A DNA stretch of 56,793 nt, counting the filler, from Trypethelium eluteriae (Eukaryota): the NCBI GenBank assembly GCA_051942245.1. It is 3 parts of 3 records of this genome, joined end to end, with 100 filler letters (N's around TTAATTAATTAA, not from the genome) between each part and the next. Parts side by side here need not be neighbours in the genome. Positions count along the whole stretch, not along the records: positions 1 to 18,879 come from JAVECL010000543.1; positions 18,980 to 37,836 come from JAVECL010000544.1; 1 more part is not named here. One strand, 5' to 3'. Position numbers and translations under genes: made by a program. A model generated the notes under the pieces. The model had not been told where the DNA came from. It saw nothing but the letters and a program-made list of their open reading frames with translations, and did not search any database. Of this stretch, positions 12,678-24,312 are shown piece after piece; position 1 is the stretch's first letter, and each line of letters starts with the position of its first letter.

Positions 12678-13753
12678 ATGGTACGCAAGCGAACCTCGTC
12701 CCGAGCCTCGACCGAGCCACCTGAGGCGGCAAGACAACAAGAGCTCTCAAGCATGTACGATTATCTTGCGAAGATCATTCTCATCGGACCTAGTGGTACG
12801 GGCAAGTCGTGTCTACTGCATAGATTCGTGAAAAACGAATGGAGGATTCTGTCATCGCAAACAATTGGAGTTGAGTTCGCATCAAAGATAGTCAAGGTCG
12901 GAAATGGACCGCGAAGAAAGCGCGTCAAGCTTCAAGTTAGTAGGCTACTGTGAATCTTGACCGTCAGTGTTTGATCTAATTGACTGACCCGCTGCTCCAG
13001 CTGTGGGACACTGCAGGGACAGAACGATTTCGATCAGTCTCTCGCAGCTATTACCGTGGAAGCGCGGGTGCCATTGTAGTCTACGATGTTGCGTCGCATT
13101 CTTCTTTTCGAGAACTCCCACATTTCCTAAATGATGCACGCGCGCTCGCGTCACCACAGCTCACCGTCATACTAGCCGGCAACAAATCAGACCTTGCTGA
13201 TGAACCTCAGCAACTTGGGTCTTCGCCTGTGGACGGTACTCTAGCTACTCTATCTAGTTCAAGCAGTCGAAGATCAATACCCTCATCCAGCGGCGAAGGC
13301 TCGATCAAATCAAATAAGGGATACGGTTTGGGTTCTCAGCAAACTGCTACGATAGCACCTGAGGGGCGGGAGGTTATAGCAGAGGATGCATCCCGCTGGG
13401 CATCATCACAGCAGATTCCTGTTTCCGTTGAAGTCTCGGCCCTATCTGGCGAGAATGTTGAGGAATTGTTCTCCCGACTTGCAGGCATGATCCTTACGAA
13501 GATTGAGCTCGGCGAAATCAACCCGGATGACCCTCAAAGTGGAATACAGTATGGGGATAGCGGAGCCTGGGGCAGCTCAACAACATCAGACGGAGGCAGC
13601 ATCAAAAGCACCATGAGTGTAGAGGATGGTATTGTGAATGGAAAACGAAAGAGTAGGAGAAGAGGTAGTGGAAGCGGTTGGATGAGTGGTATGCGGGAAT
13701 GGGAAGAGGTCTTTAGCTTAGATCGCAGGCGCAGGAGGAATCGGTGCTGCTAG
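12678..13753 (+). CDS. ypt4: Rab4/Ypt4-type small GTPase
   Basis: YDYLAKIILIGPSGTGKS (G1), TIGVEF (G2), intron 12936-13000, WDTAGTERFRSVSRSYYRG (G3), GNKSD (G4), EVSAL (G5), IELGEINPDDPQSGIQYG, and a C-terminal CC prenylation motif. Confidence 0.92.
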
Positions 13754-14562
13754 CGAGAAGGCTGATGCTGCGATTTTGATGTTTGTGTTTCTGAATGCAC
13801 TCTTGAGTTATTAATGACTCGATCAAGGAATATGACAGCGTTGGCGTTTGTGGAGTGTCCCGAACCTGGCGAAGGGGCACTCATGGGTTTGCTCAAGAAT
13901 TGTTCCGCTCAATGACCAAAACATGGGTACACAAAGAGTGATTTTTATTCAACAAGAATTCAATATATGGATAAAGTGCAAAAAGAAATGCCAAGGGAGT
14001 CCTGTTAGCCTTCGCCCTTTCAAGGTAAGCAGAGTCGGTTGGAAGTGGTTCCCGTCTCCACCCGCAGATCCCGGTAGAGTCCATCTGCTCAAGCATGCAA
14101 TTTGTCTAGGAAACATCACCGTCGTTCAAAACGCGAAAGATTTGTAGCTCGACCTTTTGAGTGGAGCGTAGGACACCTGCAGACTTGTATCATCTCTGCG
14201 GCAAGCAATTGGGCGTAAAGGGTACGTCATCGCCTCGTTATATGTATCCTTATGATCGTGTTGTGTTTATCTTCTTAGAGATGCCTTGCCTATAAGTCGC
14301 CAGGAAGGCGCAGTTCATATACTCTGGAAACAGACAGACTTGAAAGCACGACTCTGAGTATCTGAGGTACTGCTCCTCGCTTCATATCCCGAGTAGTGGG
14401 ACTGGAAAAGCTTTCGGTTCTCCGCGAAGCTTATATACCAACGCTTGAAGAGCACCGAGGCTCGACTGTTTTACGTTCTAAGCGAAGACCTCCTAAAGGG
14501 ACCCAAAAAATTAGCAGGCAGGAGATTCTCGTTTCGCCATCAGGCGACCCTCAATAAAAGTC

Positions 14563-16523
14563 ATGCCTCGTTCCCCCACTCCTTCCGCTTCTCCACGAAC
14601 TACCACACCACAGCCCGACTCTCGACATGGACGCAGCAAGAGCTCCGATGCGAGGATCGGCAAGACCCCCATTATCTTCTTACCAGGCCAGGATAATAGT
14701 GATCAAGATGCTCGGAGACCTTCAGTCCAGTTTGCCTCACCGTCAAGGAGTCCAGCTACATCACCTAGCCCAGCTCGCCAGAGTCCAAGACGAGCGCTTT
14801 CCTATCAACCGAGTGGTCGTAATGGAAGGAGAATGTCATCTCCGCCTCCACCTCCGTGAGTCACTCCTTCTGTGTCTTCTTCAGAAGGCCGTGTCTTCAA
14901 TTTCCTTGGACGTGTTACAAGGTCCCTCATTTCCGCGCCCAAATATACTTCGACACGAAGAATCTTTACCACAACATCATGCGATTCACTCATTCCTCGA
15001 ACAAGAATTTAACATGTCATCAAAATCCTTTTTCTCACTGAGGAGTCGTACTGAGAATCCCCCACCTTTTTCTCCGTCGGACAAGACTCCTCTAACCCCA
15101 CCAAAGTCATGTATTTCTTCAGGAAAACGTACCCCGAACCGCTCAGAGACTTCTGAGTCATCGCATGTAGTACCCCTAATGTTAAGGGCCTTGCACTAAT
15201 TACAAACTTCACTAGGTTATTCCAACCTCGTGTATCATTCGACACATTCGATAACAAAGAGGCTTCAGACTTTTCCTTGACGCTGCAAAGCAAGCATAAA
15301 GACTACGAATATTCCAAAAGATCCCGAACCTTCCTCTGCGGCACGGATACGAATGATTATTCCGAATTCGCCCTTGAGTGGCTAATCGATGAGCTTGTCG
15401 ACGATGGTGATGAGATCGTTTGTCTCCGGGTGGTAGAAAAGGACTCCAAGTTCGCCGGCGACAGCAGCATAGAGGAAGGCCGATATCGAGCGGAGGCCGA
15501 GAAAATGATGTCTCACATCCAAGGGAAGAATGTGGATAACAAAGCCGTCAACATCATCATGGAGTTTTCCGTTGGCAAGATCCAGGACACAATCCAATCC
15601 ATGGTACGTCGTCTCCAGATCCCACACTCTCCCGTCCTCCCTGCCTCCATTCATCCCATTCCAGCTGACAAGTCTCCCCAACTCAGATCCGCATCTACGA
15701 ACCCGCCATCCTCGTCGTCGGCACCCGCGGCCGCAGCCTTGGCGGCTTCCAAGGCCTCCTCCCCGGCTCCGTATCCAAATGGTGCCTGCAACACTCGCCC
15801 GTCCCCGTCATCGTCGTGCGGCCATCCGCCAAGCGCGACAAGAAGAAGCGCAAGCGGCTGCAGGACCCGACCCGGCGGGGCTACAAGGACATCCTGGACC
15901 GCTCCTCGGGCGGCGATGGCGGTGGCGGAAGTGGCGGCGTCGGCAGCAGCAGCACCAACGCGCCGTCGTCAAATCTGCGCCACATCGTGGATGCGTCGAT
16001 CGGCGACGACGAGCACGCGGTCGAGGCGACGAATGCGGAGCAGGCGGCCGTGTTGGCTGCTATCGGATACAACCCAAGCCCGGAGTTTGAGGAGCTGGCG
16101 GCGGAGATGCAGCGCACGCAGAGTGCGGGGGCGAAGAGTGATGATGGGACGAATTTGAGTGAGCTGTCGAGTCCGAATGATTTGAAGAGTCCCGGCGTGG
16201 TGATGAAGAGCCCAGAGCTGCTGAATCTGGAGAGTCCGGCGCTTAGTGAGGCCAGTAGCGAGGGGGAGGAGGAAGATGAGGAGGAGGAGGGTGGTGCGAT
16301 GATTGAGGCTGTGCCGGGACATGTGCTGCTTGCGCAGGATGAGGCGAATGCGAAGGCTCGTGAGGAAGAGAAGCAGGGTGAGTCGGTTGGAAGAGATGCC
16401 GCTACGGAAATCAAGACTGAGGGTGAACCCGCCGCAGAGACTCCCGAGCTGACTGAGAATATCAAACCTGAGCGCGATAAAAGTCCGGAGGGTACGGAGG
16501 GCCACAAGGCTGATAAGGAATGA
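14563..16523 (+). CDS. Universal stress protein (Usp) domain protein
   Basis: Exons 14563-14855, 15216-15603 and 15687-16523 splice in frame. Reads PRVSFDTF...SRTFLCGTDTNDYSEFALEWLIDELVDDGDEIVCLRVV...IYEPAILVVGTRGRSLGGFQGLLPGSVSKWCLQHSPVPVIVVR, with an acidic tail. Confidence 0.92.
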
Positions 16524-16914
16524 GGAATAATTGTTTGGGGGGTTTACGAGTCTTTCTTGATAAGCAATGCTCAGGGAGCAATTACCCGGATGATGAGGAA
16601 CATTTCTCTTCCTCTTTTCTACGACATCTCATCTCAATGAATCAGACGTGCGTTTTATTGTAGCCAGTATTTTTAGAAAGCGCTCAAGCATGAAATAGCT
16701 ACATTGTCTCAGGTATCGACAGTGCTGCGAGTGTCTAGGAGCAAGGATTCCGCAAAGCCCAGATTGGGCACCGAAAATGTGCTTTCAAGTGACTGTGTCG
16801 ATATTTACGCGCATGACTAAAAATTCCATCGCAAGCCCACTGGCCTACTTAAGATCATGCCCATTCGTTGTGTGCCTTCTATCCCATGTTCCCTCCCATC
16901 ACCGTAGACTCGTC

Positions 16915-17130
16915 TCAAGTCCCCTTCGAGGTTTTCTCCTCCGCAGCCTTCTCGAGAGGGCCGGTTGGATTCGAGGGTAGGTTGGCCTTCTGCTGCTCAG
17001 AAGCATCCTTGGCATGGTCTTGAGAAGGAGCAGCGCCCAGCTCGTTGGGCTTCGCCTGAGGGTCGTGAAGCTGCCCGCCGGTCTGACGTTCAGGGTCGGG
17101 AGATTGACGGCCTTGGTTTGGAGCAGACAT
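16915..17130 (-). CDS. Small 71-aa hydrophilic protein of unknown function
   Basis: MSAPNQGRQSPDPERQTGGQLHDPQAKPNELGAAPSQDHAKDASEQQKANLPSNPTGPLEKAAEEKTSKGT with good start context (ccacaATG). Resembles a small filamentous-fungal family I recall (GRQSP.PE.Q ... L.SNP..PL...A..K.SK). Two canonical introns lie upstream of the ATG. Confidence 0.8.
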   Translation of the reverse strand: MSAPNQGRQSPDPERQTGGQLHDPQAKPNELGAAPSQDHAKDASEQQKANLPSNPTGPLEKAAEEKTSKGT

Positions 17131-17925
17131 TGTGGAAGAGTAGAAAAGGCGTCTGCGACAAGTCTCAGTCAGTGATGAATAAGTGAAAAGATCCAAGTGC
17201 TTGTACTAACATGTGAATTGATAAGTGCTGCACGAACTTGGTGCTTCAATCGGTCTACGTAAAGCTATCAGAATCAAGAAAACTGAGTTCGGACCAAGCA
17301 AGCAAGTAATGGAGAGACTAACCTAAATCAAGGTGCTTCCGGTGATTCAATGATGAGGTTTGGAAACTGCGGAAGAAGATTTCGATGGCGTTGAAATGGC
17401 ATGATTGCCCCTCCAACGCTTACGGATGGTCTTACCAAGCCCCGCCTACGTCACCTACCGAAGAATTCCCGTTTTATAACTTCGAGTCTCACTTCTTCGA
17501 AAACTACCGCACTTGGATAAGAGCGTCGTCTTACACATACGAGGCCACCTCTGATGAAAAGAGGTAGTTCTTCAGCCACCTTTAACAATTTACGCTTGCC
17601 TAAAGATAAGTGAGTTTGAGATTATCATAGAATTACTTGTCATGACCCGTTATACAACAGCTGGTTTGCGAGGCAAACTTCGTAATTGCACGGCGTCTTT
17701 ATGAAAGTGTTCTACTCAGATGTCTATATTTCATACTGTAATTTCTATAAGGCTAGCGATCGATGCAATATCATCCTCAGAACAGGTATCTAAGATCGGA
17801 ACCATGATCTCGTTGCTGTTTCAGGGACCGGCGTTGTCTTTGATTCACTTCATTTTGGAGCTAGTGTGTTGGGTGCATGCATTCATCCACCCTATGCTGA
17901 ATAGCACGACACCACTGCCACCAAC

Positions 17926-18879
17926 ATGGACAATTACGAGGTTTCAGGTAAAGGCACTATGCATGCCCCACAAGCAATCAATTATTTCTTGACTGGGCAC
18001 CATATTCGAGACCAAAATCGTGACCTAGTACTGCTTGCAAAGAAGGAAGACGGTTCCTTCTATTTGCACCGCAAGTGCGGGACTTCCGAAGCCACAAGAC
18101 GCGACACCGTCGATGCTTTTAAGCATGCTGACCATCTAATCCCAGAAGGCGCCTTTGCGGCCCAGATCAAGCAGCTTGATGGAACCTACGAAGCCATCAA
18201 TAAAACACTCCTACCTGGACTAAAATCACACGGACGTCCTGGTCGCAAGCTAGCGTCACAGAAGCGTTCAGAAGAAACGCTCGACCGAGGTGAGCAACTT
18301 TGCGATACCCAACGTATTCAGAATGAAAGCCAACCAGCTGTAGGCGATATATCACTCATCTCCATCCTCGAATGGTACAATAGAGAGTCCGCCCTCGAAG
18401 AGGGTTGGCGTCGGCTTCCTATTTACAGTGAGCGTCCCTTGATCTCCAGTATCCGTACCCCATGCTCCACGCGGTCCCCACAACCCATATTGAATTCCCC
18501 GTTCCCCACTTCAATCTCCACGTGCCATGCCCGCATTCACCCGATTCCCCTATTCTCCAGGATTCACTCCAAGCCTACCCCAAACACGCACCAACACGCC
18601 CTACCTCTTCCTCCCCACTGCACCATCTCACTCATCATGACTAACTTCTCCTCCCTCCTAGTCCCCGAACGCGACGCCCAACGCGGCGCCCACCTTGACT
18701 TCCTCCGCCGTACCGAGGGCTTCATCCTCTTCCCCCGGCCCCCACAATATCCCCACTACCCGATACCGCCGTCCGTGCCAACATACTGGGACTTCGCGCA
18801 GCACCCCGCCGCGGAGCGGGCCGTGGCGGGGGAGACGTTCTGGCCGAGGTCGGAGATGGGGGGAAGGACGGGGGGAAGG
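17926..18879 (+). CDS. Hypothetical protein, truncated by the gap
   Basis: ATG in good context (ccaacATGg) and an open frame up to the gap. Plausible introns 18290-18343 and 18428-18661 (gtgagc donors; the second has ctaac...ctag). No family recognised. Confidence 0.5.
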
Positions 18880-18979
18880 NNNNNNNNNNNNNNNNNNNNN
18901 NNNNNNNNNNNNNNNNNNNNNNNTTAATTAATTAANNNNNNNNNNNNNNNNNNNNNNNNNNNNNNNNNNNNNNNNNNNN
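18880..18979. other. Artificial contig spacer: 44 N + TTAATTAATTAA + 44 N
   Basis: Exactly 100 nt with a palindromic six-frame stop linker at 18924-18935; identical to the spacer at 37837-37936. Confidence 0.98.
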
Positions 18980-19059
18980 CTTCCCCCCGTGATCCTCCGC
19001 TTTTCCCATCATCCCCGACTCAAGCTCACCCACTAACTTTCTGTTTTCTTCTTCCGCAG

Positions 19060-19539
19060 GGCCAATGCAAAGGCTCCACCGTCGGCGGCGAAGTCTCCTC
19101 CTGGCTCTCCTCCCACAAACCGCTCGTCATCGGCCTCGCCGCCTCCATCGGCGCCCTCATCCTGCTCTCCCTCCTCGGCTGCCTCATCCGCTGCTGCCGC
19201 TCCCGCCGCTACCGCCGCCGTCCCTCCAAGCTGTCCACGCCGCCCCCGGGTTGGCCCGGTGGGGCCCCGCCTCAGCAGCCGTACATGCAGCAGAGTCGCG
19301 CTGCCTCGGGGTTTGGTGCTGGGGGGATGGTCGGAGGAGGAGGAGCGAATGCAGGGAATGCAGGGAATGGAGGGGTTGGGGGAGGAGTTGGTCCGGGTCC
19401 GGGCCCGGGAAATGGGTTCTACCAGCAGGAGTATAATGCGCAGTGGCATGGCACGCCGCAGAATGCGTCGTTGTGGCGCGGGCAGGGCGGGTATGTCGAG
19501 CCGCCGCCGCCTGCGATGCGGAGTGTGCGGTATGCGTGA
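19060..19539 (+). CDS. Terminal exon of a fungal ADAM-family metalloprotease (ADM-B-like); the rest of the gene is missing
   Basis: Branch site and acceptor (actaac...ccgcag, ending 19059), then GQCKGSTVGGEVSSWLSSHKPLVIGLAASIGALILLSLLGCLIRCCRSRR (end of the Cys-rich region, TM helix, basic stop-transfer). The Pro/Gly-rich tail ends SVRYA*, as in fungal ADM-B proteins. Confidence 0.75.
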   Translation, partial: GQCKGSTVGGEVSSWLSSHKPLVIGLAASIGALILLSLLGCLIRCCRSRRYRRRPSKLSTPPPGWPGGAPPQQPYMQQSRAASGFGAGGMVGGGGANAGNAGNGGVGGGVGPGPGPGNGFYQQEYNAQWHGTPQNASLWRGQGGYVEPPPPAMRSVRYA

Positions 19540-20906
19540 TTCGATCACCCGGCTTTTCGGGGAGATGAATAAGATATGATTGCGTAATTAAGTTTGGGGG
19601 TTGCTTGATGAGATGAGAGAGATGAGCGTTTTCTCTCTCTTCATAATCTCGCTCCCTATTTGGATTTGGCTATGGGACCATCTATTGGCGATATGCGTTA
19701 CGCTAGCTTTCGTTTTTGGGCATATGTTGGGCGTTGGGTTTGGCATCGCATCGGCGCTACCTATGGCATCGAGAGGATACGATGCGGTATGGCTTTCAGG
19801 TCTAAGGAGCACAGGACCGTTCTGGCTACTTGGTGTGTATAGGCACGGGCGAGCGTGGTAGAGGAATCTATGGTGATTCACTTGTAGATATTAGTGCTAT
19901 AAGCTATGGGGCATTCAGGATACTGTAGGTAGATAGAAAAAGCTTAAGGGGATCTCGAGTCATTTATCCTGAGCACGTCTTACCTGTATATCTCTGCTTG
20001 TTCATCCTGGAAGACCTTCAGGTGTTAGACTAGTGAATGTCGGATATTGCCTGACCCAGGCTATGCTCAATTCTTCTGTGTAAGACAGGGACTTGCACTT
20101 GGACTAGGAAAAAGAAAATAGAAATGATCATGGTCTCCTGCCGGTGGGCCGTGCTGGGTATGTATGTTTAAATTCAGGGCAGAGGGAGGGCGGAGAAGGA
20201 TTCAGCAAAAGGGACGTAATTAGTGAAGGCATAATTCGAAGTCTGAGATTAGGGCCTTTACGAGTCGCAATGTTTGATAGTGAAGGCAAGAGTCTAATCA
20301 TAGGTCTGATCTGACAATGGTGTGTGTAGCCAATACAGCACCTGTCCCCTGCTGATACTCATACATGTACCGTTACAATGAATCATACCGCGGCTAATCA
20401 TTACCAACATCCGGCAACATGGCAGCAGATTTTTGACGAGGAACTCGTCTACAGCAGAGATATGGGCGTTGAGAGAGTAAGCCATACACCGGCACAGCGG
20501 CTTGCGGTATTGGAGAAGTCGGTAAACTTGGCTCAGACTTGTATATGATAGCATTCGATTCGAATGTGGCGAATATCTGAGGCTTACGTTTCCTCCAAAA
20601 AAGGTGAGGATAAAAGTATATTCATTTAATAGATTGAAGATGCTATACTCCCATAATCCAGTTAATCCTGTCTGAACTCCATATGCTCCATGGCTAATAA
20701 ACCAAAGCTGGATATCCCGAGGCCGTGAGACCATGTAATCATTATCTATGCAGTCGCTTTCTGTCTTGCTCAAATGTGGCATTCATATCTTCCATGATTC
20801 GTCCGCATTGCATGATGTCGCGCCAACTTCCGCAAAGACTAGCTCGAATATCCCCCAGGGTATGTATGCACCTCATGTGTATGCCGTTTCGTCCCCCGTC
20901 CCCCGT

Positions 20907-23900
20907 TCATCGTCGCATTCGCTGGAACAGATTCTTGTTGGCCGCCTGCGGATTCGGTTCCACTTGAACGCTGCGCTCGTAGAGTTCCTATCATACCGTC
21001 AGCTCAACTCCCCCATTGCCTATGAGTCAACCAAAATAACTGGAAAGCCCTACCTCATCATCCCTCGAAATCTTCGTATCGATCACCAAACTCCTCACTT
21101 CATCATTCCTCGGCAGCTTCGGATACGGCACACTCTGCGCGCGCTGAATCCCCGCCACCACCTCCCCCATAATCTCGAACTTGCGCCAATTCACCCTGCC
21201 CGACTTCCCCGGCCCAAACGCCTCCCCCTTCGCGCTCCCATCCAGAAACGTCTTCGACCCAGCCTCCGCGCCCACTAGATCCCGGCGTATGACGGGCAGG
21301 AAGGGGATCTTCTCGCCGGGCGAATTCTCCCACGCGAGCCGGTACGCGAAATACGACCTCTGCGAGCTCAGCAGGATCTCGAGCTTCATATAGTCCTTGC
21401 GCACGGTCTCCGGCACGAGCTCGCGCGTCGCGACGAGCCGCGCGATGGATGCGCTGCTGAGCCCTGCGACGAGCGCGCCGAGCGAGCAGTAGTTGTTGAG
21501 CTCGCGTAGTTTGCGCGCCACCCGCATGAGCTTCTCGAGCATGAGGCCGCGGTGTTTGGGCTTGTCGCGCAGGAGGATGAGGTTCTTGGTCCAGTCGGCG
21601 AGGTAGTTGAAGTGCGCGATGTGGCGCGCGATGTGTAGTAGGTCGCGCGATTTGTGGTTGTGGTCTTTGCTGCTGCTTTTGCGTGGACGGTCTTCGCTGC
21701 TGCTGCTGCTGGGTTCGTGCGCGCCCTGGAGGGCGTCACGTTGGCTGGTGGTAAGGGAAGTGAAGCGCACCGTGTCACGCAGACAGATAGCGCTCAGATG
21801 GATCCAGTCCGTTCGTGTGAGCTCTTTGGCAATGGCGTCATCGCTTTGCGCCATGAGAGCGTGCCATTGGACTTTGCTAAGGGGGTTGCGGGAGGTGGGT
21901 ACCAGTGTGCGTCCTATCTCGCGGGACTGCGCAACGGCGGAAGGTTTAGGACCAGAGCTGTTCGAGGCCGTACTTGCGGTTGAAGAAGTGGGTGTAAGAG
22001 TTGAAGTCGAAAGGCTATGTTGATGTGTCTTGGAGTCGCTGGTTGAGCTTTTCGAAGAGTGATCTGACGATGCTAAGGTGCCAGTGAGATCCATCTCTTC
22101 TGTCATAGTTCGGTCGGTATCCGAGAATGGCCATCCTTCACTATCTTCGGTCTCAACGGGACGATCCAAGTGCGCGCAGATTTCTTTGGCAGCCACAGCG
22201 AAAATTCGATCCCGTCCTATTTTTCTGGTGAATTGTGTCAACAATTGCCGCGTCCATGGATGCAAAAAGTCTTCAGGTGTCTGAGTAACCCATTGGTCAA
22301 TCACGGTAAGGTACCTAAGCTGTGTTGTCGTCTTAGTAAATTCAGGTTCGTCGCTGTTTTGCATCGCTATGAACCGCGATATGATGGCCTCGAGTAACGT
22401 TCCAGGAGCAGCGAATTTACGATACAAAATTAGAAAGGTGACTATGAATTTGCCTTCGACTTTGGAATGAGGCTGTGCAAGGAGTTTGTCAACCAATTGA
22501 TCGAAAGTATACGAGTCTTTGCTGGCTGAGCCCTCTTGCCGTGCTAATAGCTGGGGTGGAAGAGTCCGAGTTGATTCATTGTTCATGCCCTGGACCACTG
22601 GTGGCTCACGATCCTCGCTCTTCTCATTATTTGGGGTATTGGAGCCCTCACTGAGGGACTGCTGGACTTCTTTGCTTTTAGCCATCAAAACCCGGCCAGA
22701 GTGCTCCGAAGTAGCTCTGGCATGACCAGAGCGATCAGGTGGACATGGAGAGACTCCCCTCACTGCGTTGGACATTGCTCGTCTTCGAGACGAGTTATTC
22801 TCCTGACCCGGGACTATATGATCATTAGATCAGTTCAGATCTTGAAAGTGAGGTACGGAACGGGTAGTGTCGCCTTAGACACAAAAATGGGAATGTAACA
22901 CCCACCGGGTCTCGAGAGAATCGTCCGTAAAATTAAAGACATGCACTGCTTTTGCGTAGAAGGCGAGGTTCTCGCAGTCTGAACGGCCGTTATATCCTTT
23001 ACGAATGATTTTGCCCTTTGCTCCACCTTTGTAGGATCAACCTGCCTTTGAGGTGGGGGGTTATCACATTTACAAGAAACAAGTACACAGGGAAGTGAAG
23101 CTTTGTTGATGGCATCTATCACATTTAGTGTTAGCTTTCAAATCCGACATTCAGCATCTCACATCGCAATGCTGTTTCAAAATTTCCTATATTGGAAAGT
23201 ATGCAGCTCGAAACTTACTTAGTGCACAAGGTACTTCTGCCAAAGATTTCTGATTCGTAACATCATACAGCGCCAGCGCGCCATCGATCTTTGGTATAGC
23301 CAGGTCGCCCAGCTTTTCCGGCCACACGATGTTTTCGTCTTCTTCGTTGCCGCCAAATTCCACCTGATCGAAGCCAAGCTCAAAGAGCCGCACAACGTAC
23401 ACATGCCCGTCTACAGACATCTTCCTTGCGCTGACCGGCGCACTCGGAGGGGGTGGAGTGGTGAGATCCAGAGCGCGCTGCATGAACGTGGATTTGCCAA
23501 CGCGAGCCGCGCCAAGTACGCCAATGTTGATTTCTGGCATCGACGTCGGCTGGTTCGGCTGAGACAAAGCTGCCGTCTGCGGCGACTTCGGTGATTTCGG
23601 TGATTTCGGTGATTTCGGTTGACGTGGTGAAGTCGGAGTGCTGAAGCTTTGGATTTGGGAGTCCTGTGCGCGCTGTGAGCGGTGCCATGGCAAGACAGGG
23701 AATGCTTGTCTCAAAGGCATCTGAAGATAGCAACATGGGCGAGAAAGAACTCACGAGAGTGTTGGCCGCGGAAGGCCTTCTCTGCGACTCAGGAGCAATA
23801 GCAGTTGTGGGTCTTGTATCTCTTTCCACCTCGCTCCCTTGCTCGTTCCCCACCCCATCGCTCGACTCGTTGTCCTCAACATCAAGGCGAACATCTTCTA

Positions 23901-24312
23901 CCACCCGTGGTTGCCTCAATCTCTCTCCCGAAGCTACGCCCACCAGTCCTAGGCCCGAGGTAGCTGTCTCGCCCTCGCGACTACCACCATGTTCGTGAGC
24001 CTTGGGTACCAGTGGCGCCGACTTTGCACGACTCGATAGCCGAGGGCGCTGCGCTGGCGGTGATGCAGTCCCACTTACTCCCGGCGAAACGGGCGTCCGT
24101 GGTGTATGATTGTACGACGTTGGAGATTTGGGGGTCGGAGACCTGGCTGGAGGAGACCTGGGCGTAGGAGAGGTCGGGTTGGAGCTCGAGTGAGGCACGC
24201 TGCTCTGGCTTGGGCGTCGGTAGCCCTGCGGCTGGATTCTGATAGGAGCTCTCTTGGCGTTCTTGGGACTGGGGCTCGAGGTGCTGGAGACGTCATAGCC
24301 CTGGCCTGGCAT
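20907..24312 (-). CDS. RasGEF (REM + CDC25) protein with an N-terminal Ras-like P-loop domain, 5 exons
   Basis: Introns at 23664-23754, ~23117-23218, ~22816-22904 and ~20988-21053 join the track ORFs in frame. Ras-like part: INIGVLGAARVGKSTF, DGALALYDVTNQKSL, LVSCKCD. REM: FDQLVDKLL...FLILYRKFAAPG. CDC25: IAKELTRTD, LRELNNYCSLGALVAGL, KIPFLP, VNWRKFE. Last exon ELYERSVQVEP...MRR*. Confidence 0.88.
23586..23620 (-). repeat. 9-bp coding tandem repeat encoding (PKS)x4
   Basis: Plus strand cttcggtgatttcggtgatttcggtgatttcggtt, inside the RasGEF gene. Confidence 0.85.

Noticed and set aside
15881..16507. Long antisense ORFs over USP, and similar ones over FN3, RasGEF, AA11, TIM21, IFA38, the RanBD gene and CYS4
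   Set aside because: Low-complexity mirror translations of GC-rich or repetitive coding sequence with no independent motifs.
18924..18935. Palindromic TTAATTAATTAA (also at 37881-37892) as a biological motif or piggyBac-like target site
   Set aside because: It is centred in identical 100-nt N spacers and is a synthetic six-frame stop linker.
20294..20782. 162-aa minus-strand ORF downstream of the RasGEF gene
   Set aside because: No recognisable motif and a composition typical of non-coding DNA; probably 3' UTR or intergenic.
23380..23754. Apparent programmed frameshift between ORFs 23380..24312 and 23187..23720
   Set aside because: Explained by a canonical intron at 23664-23754 (gtgagt...gctcac...cag).
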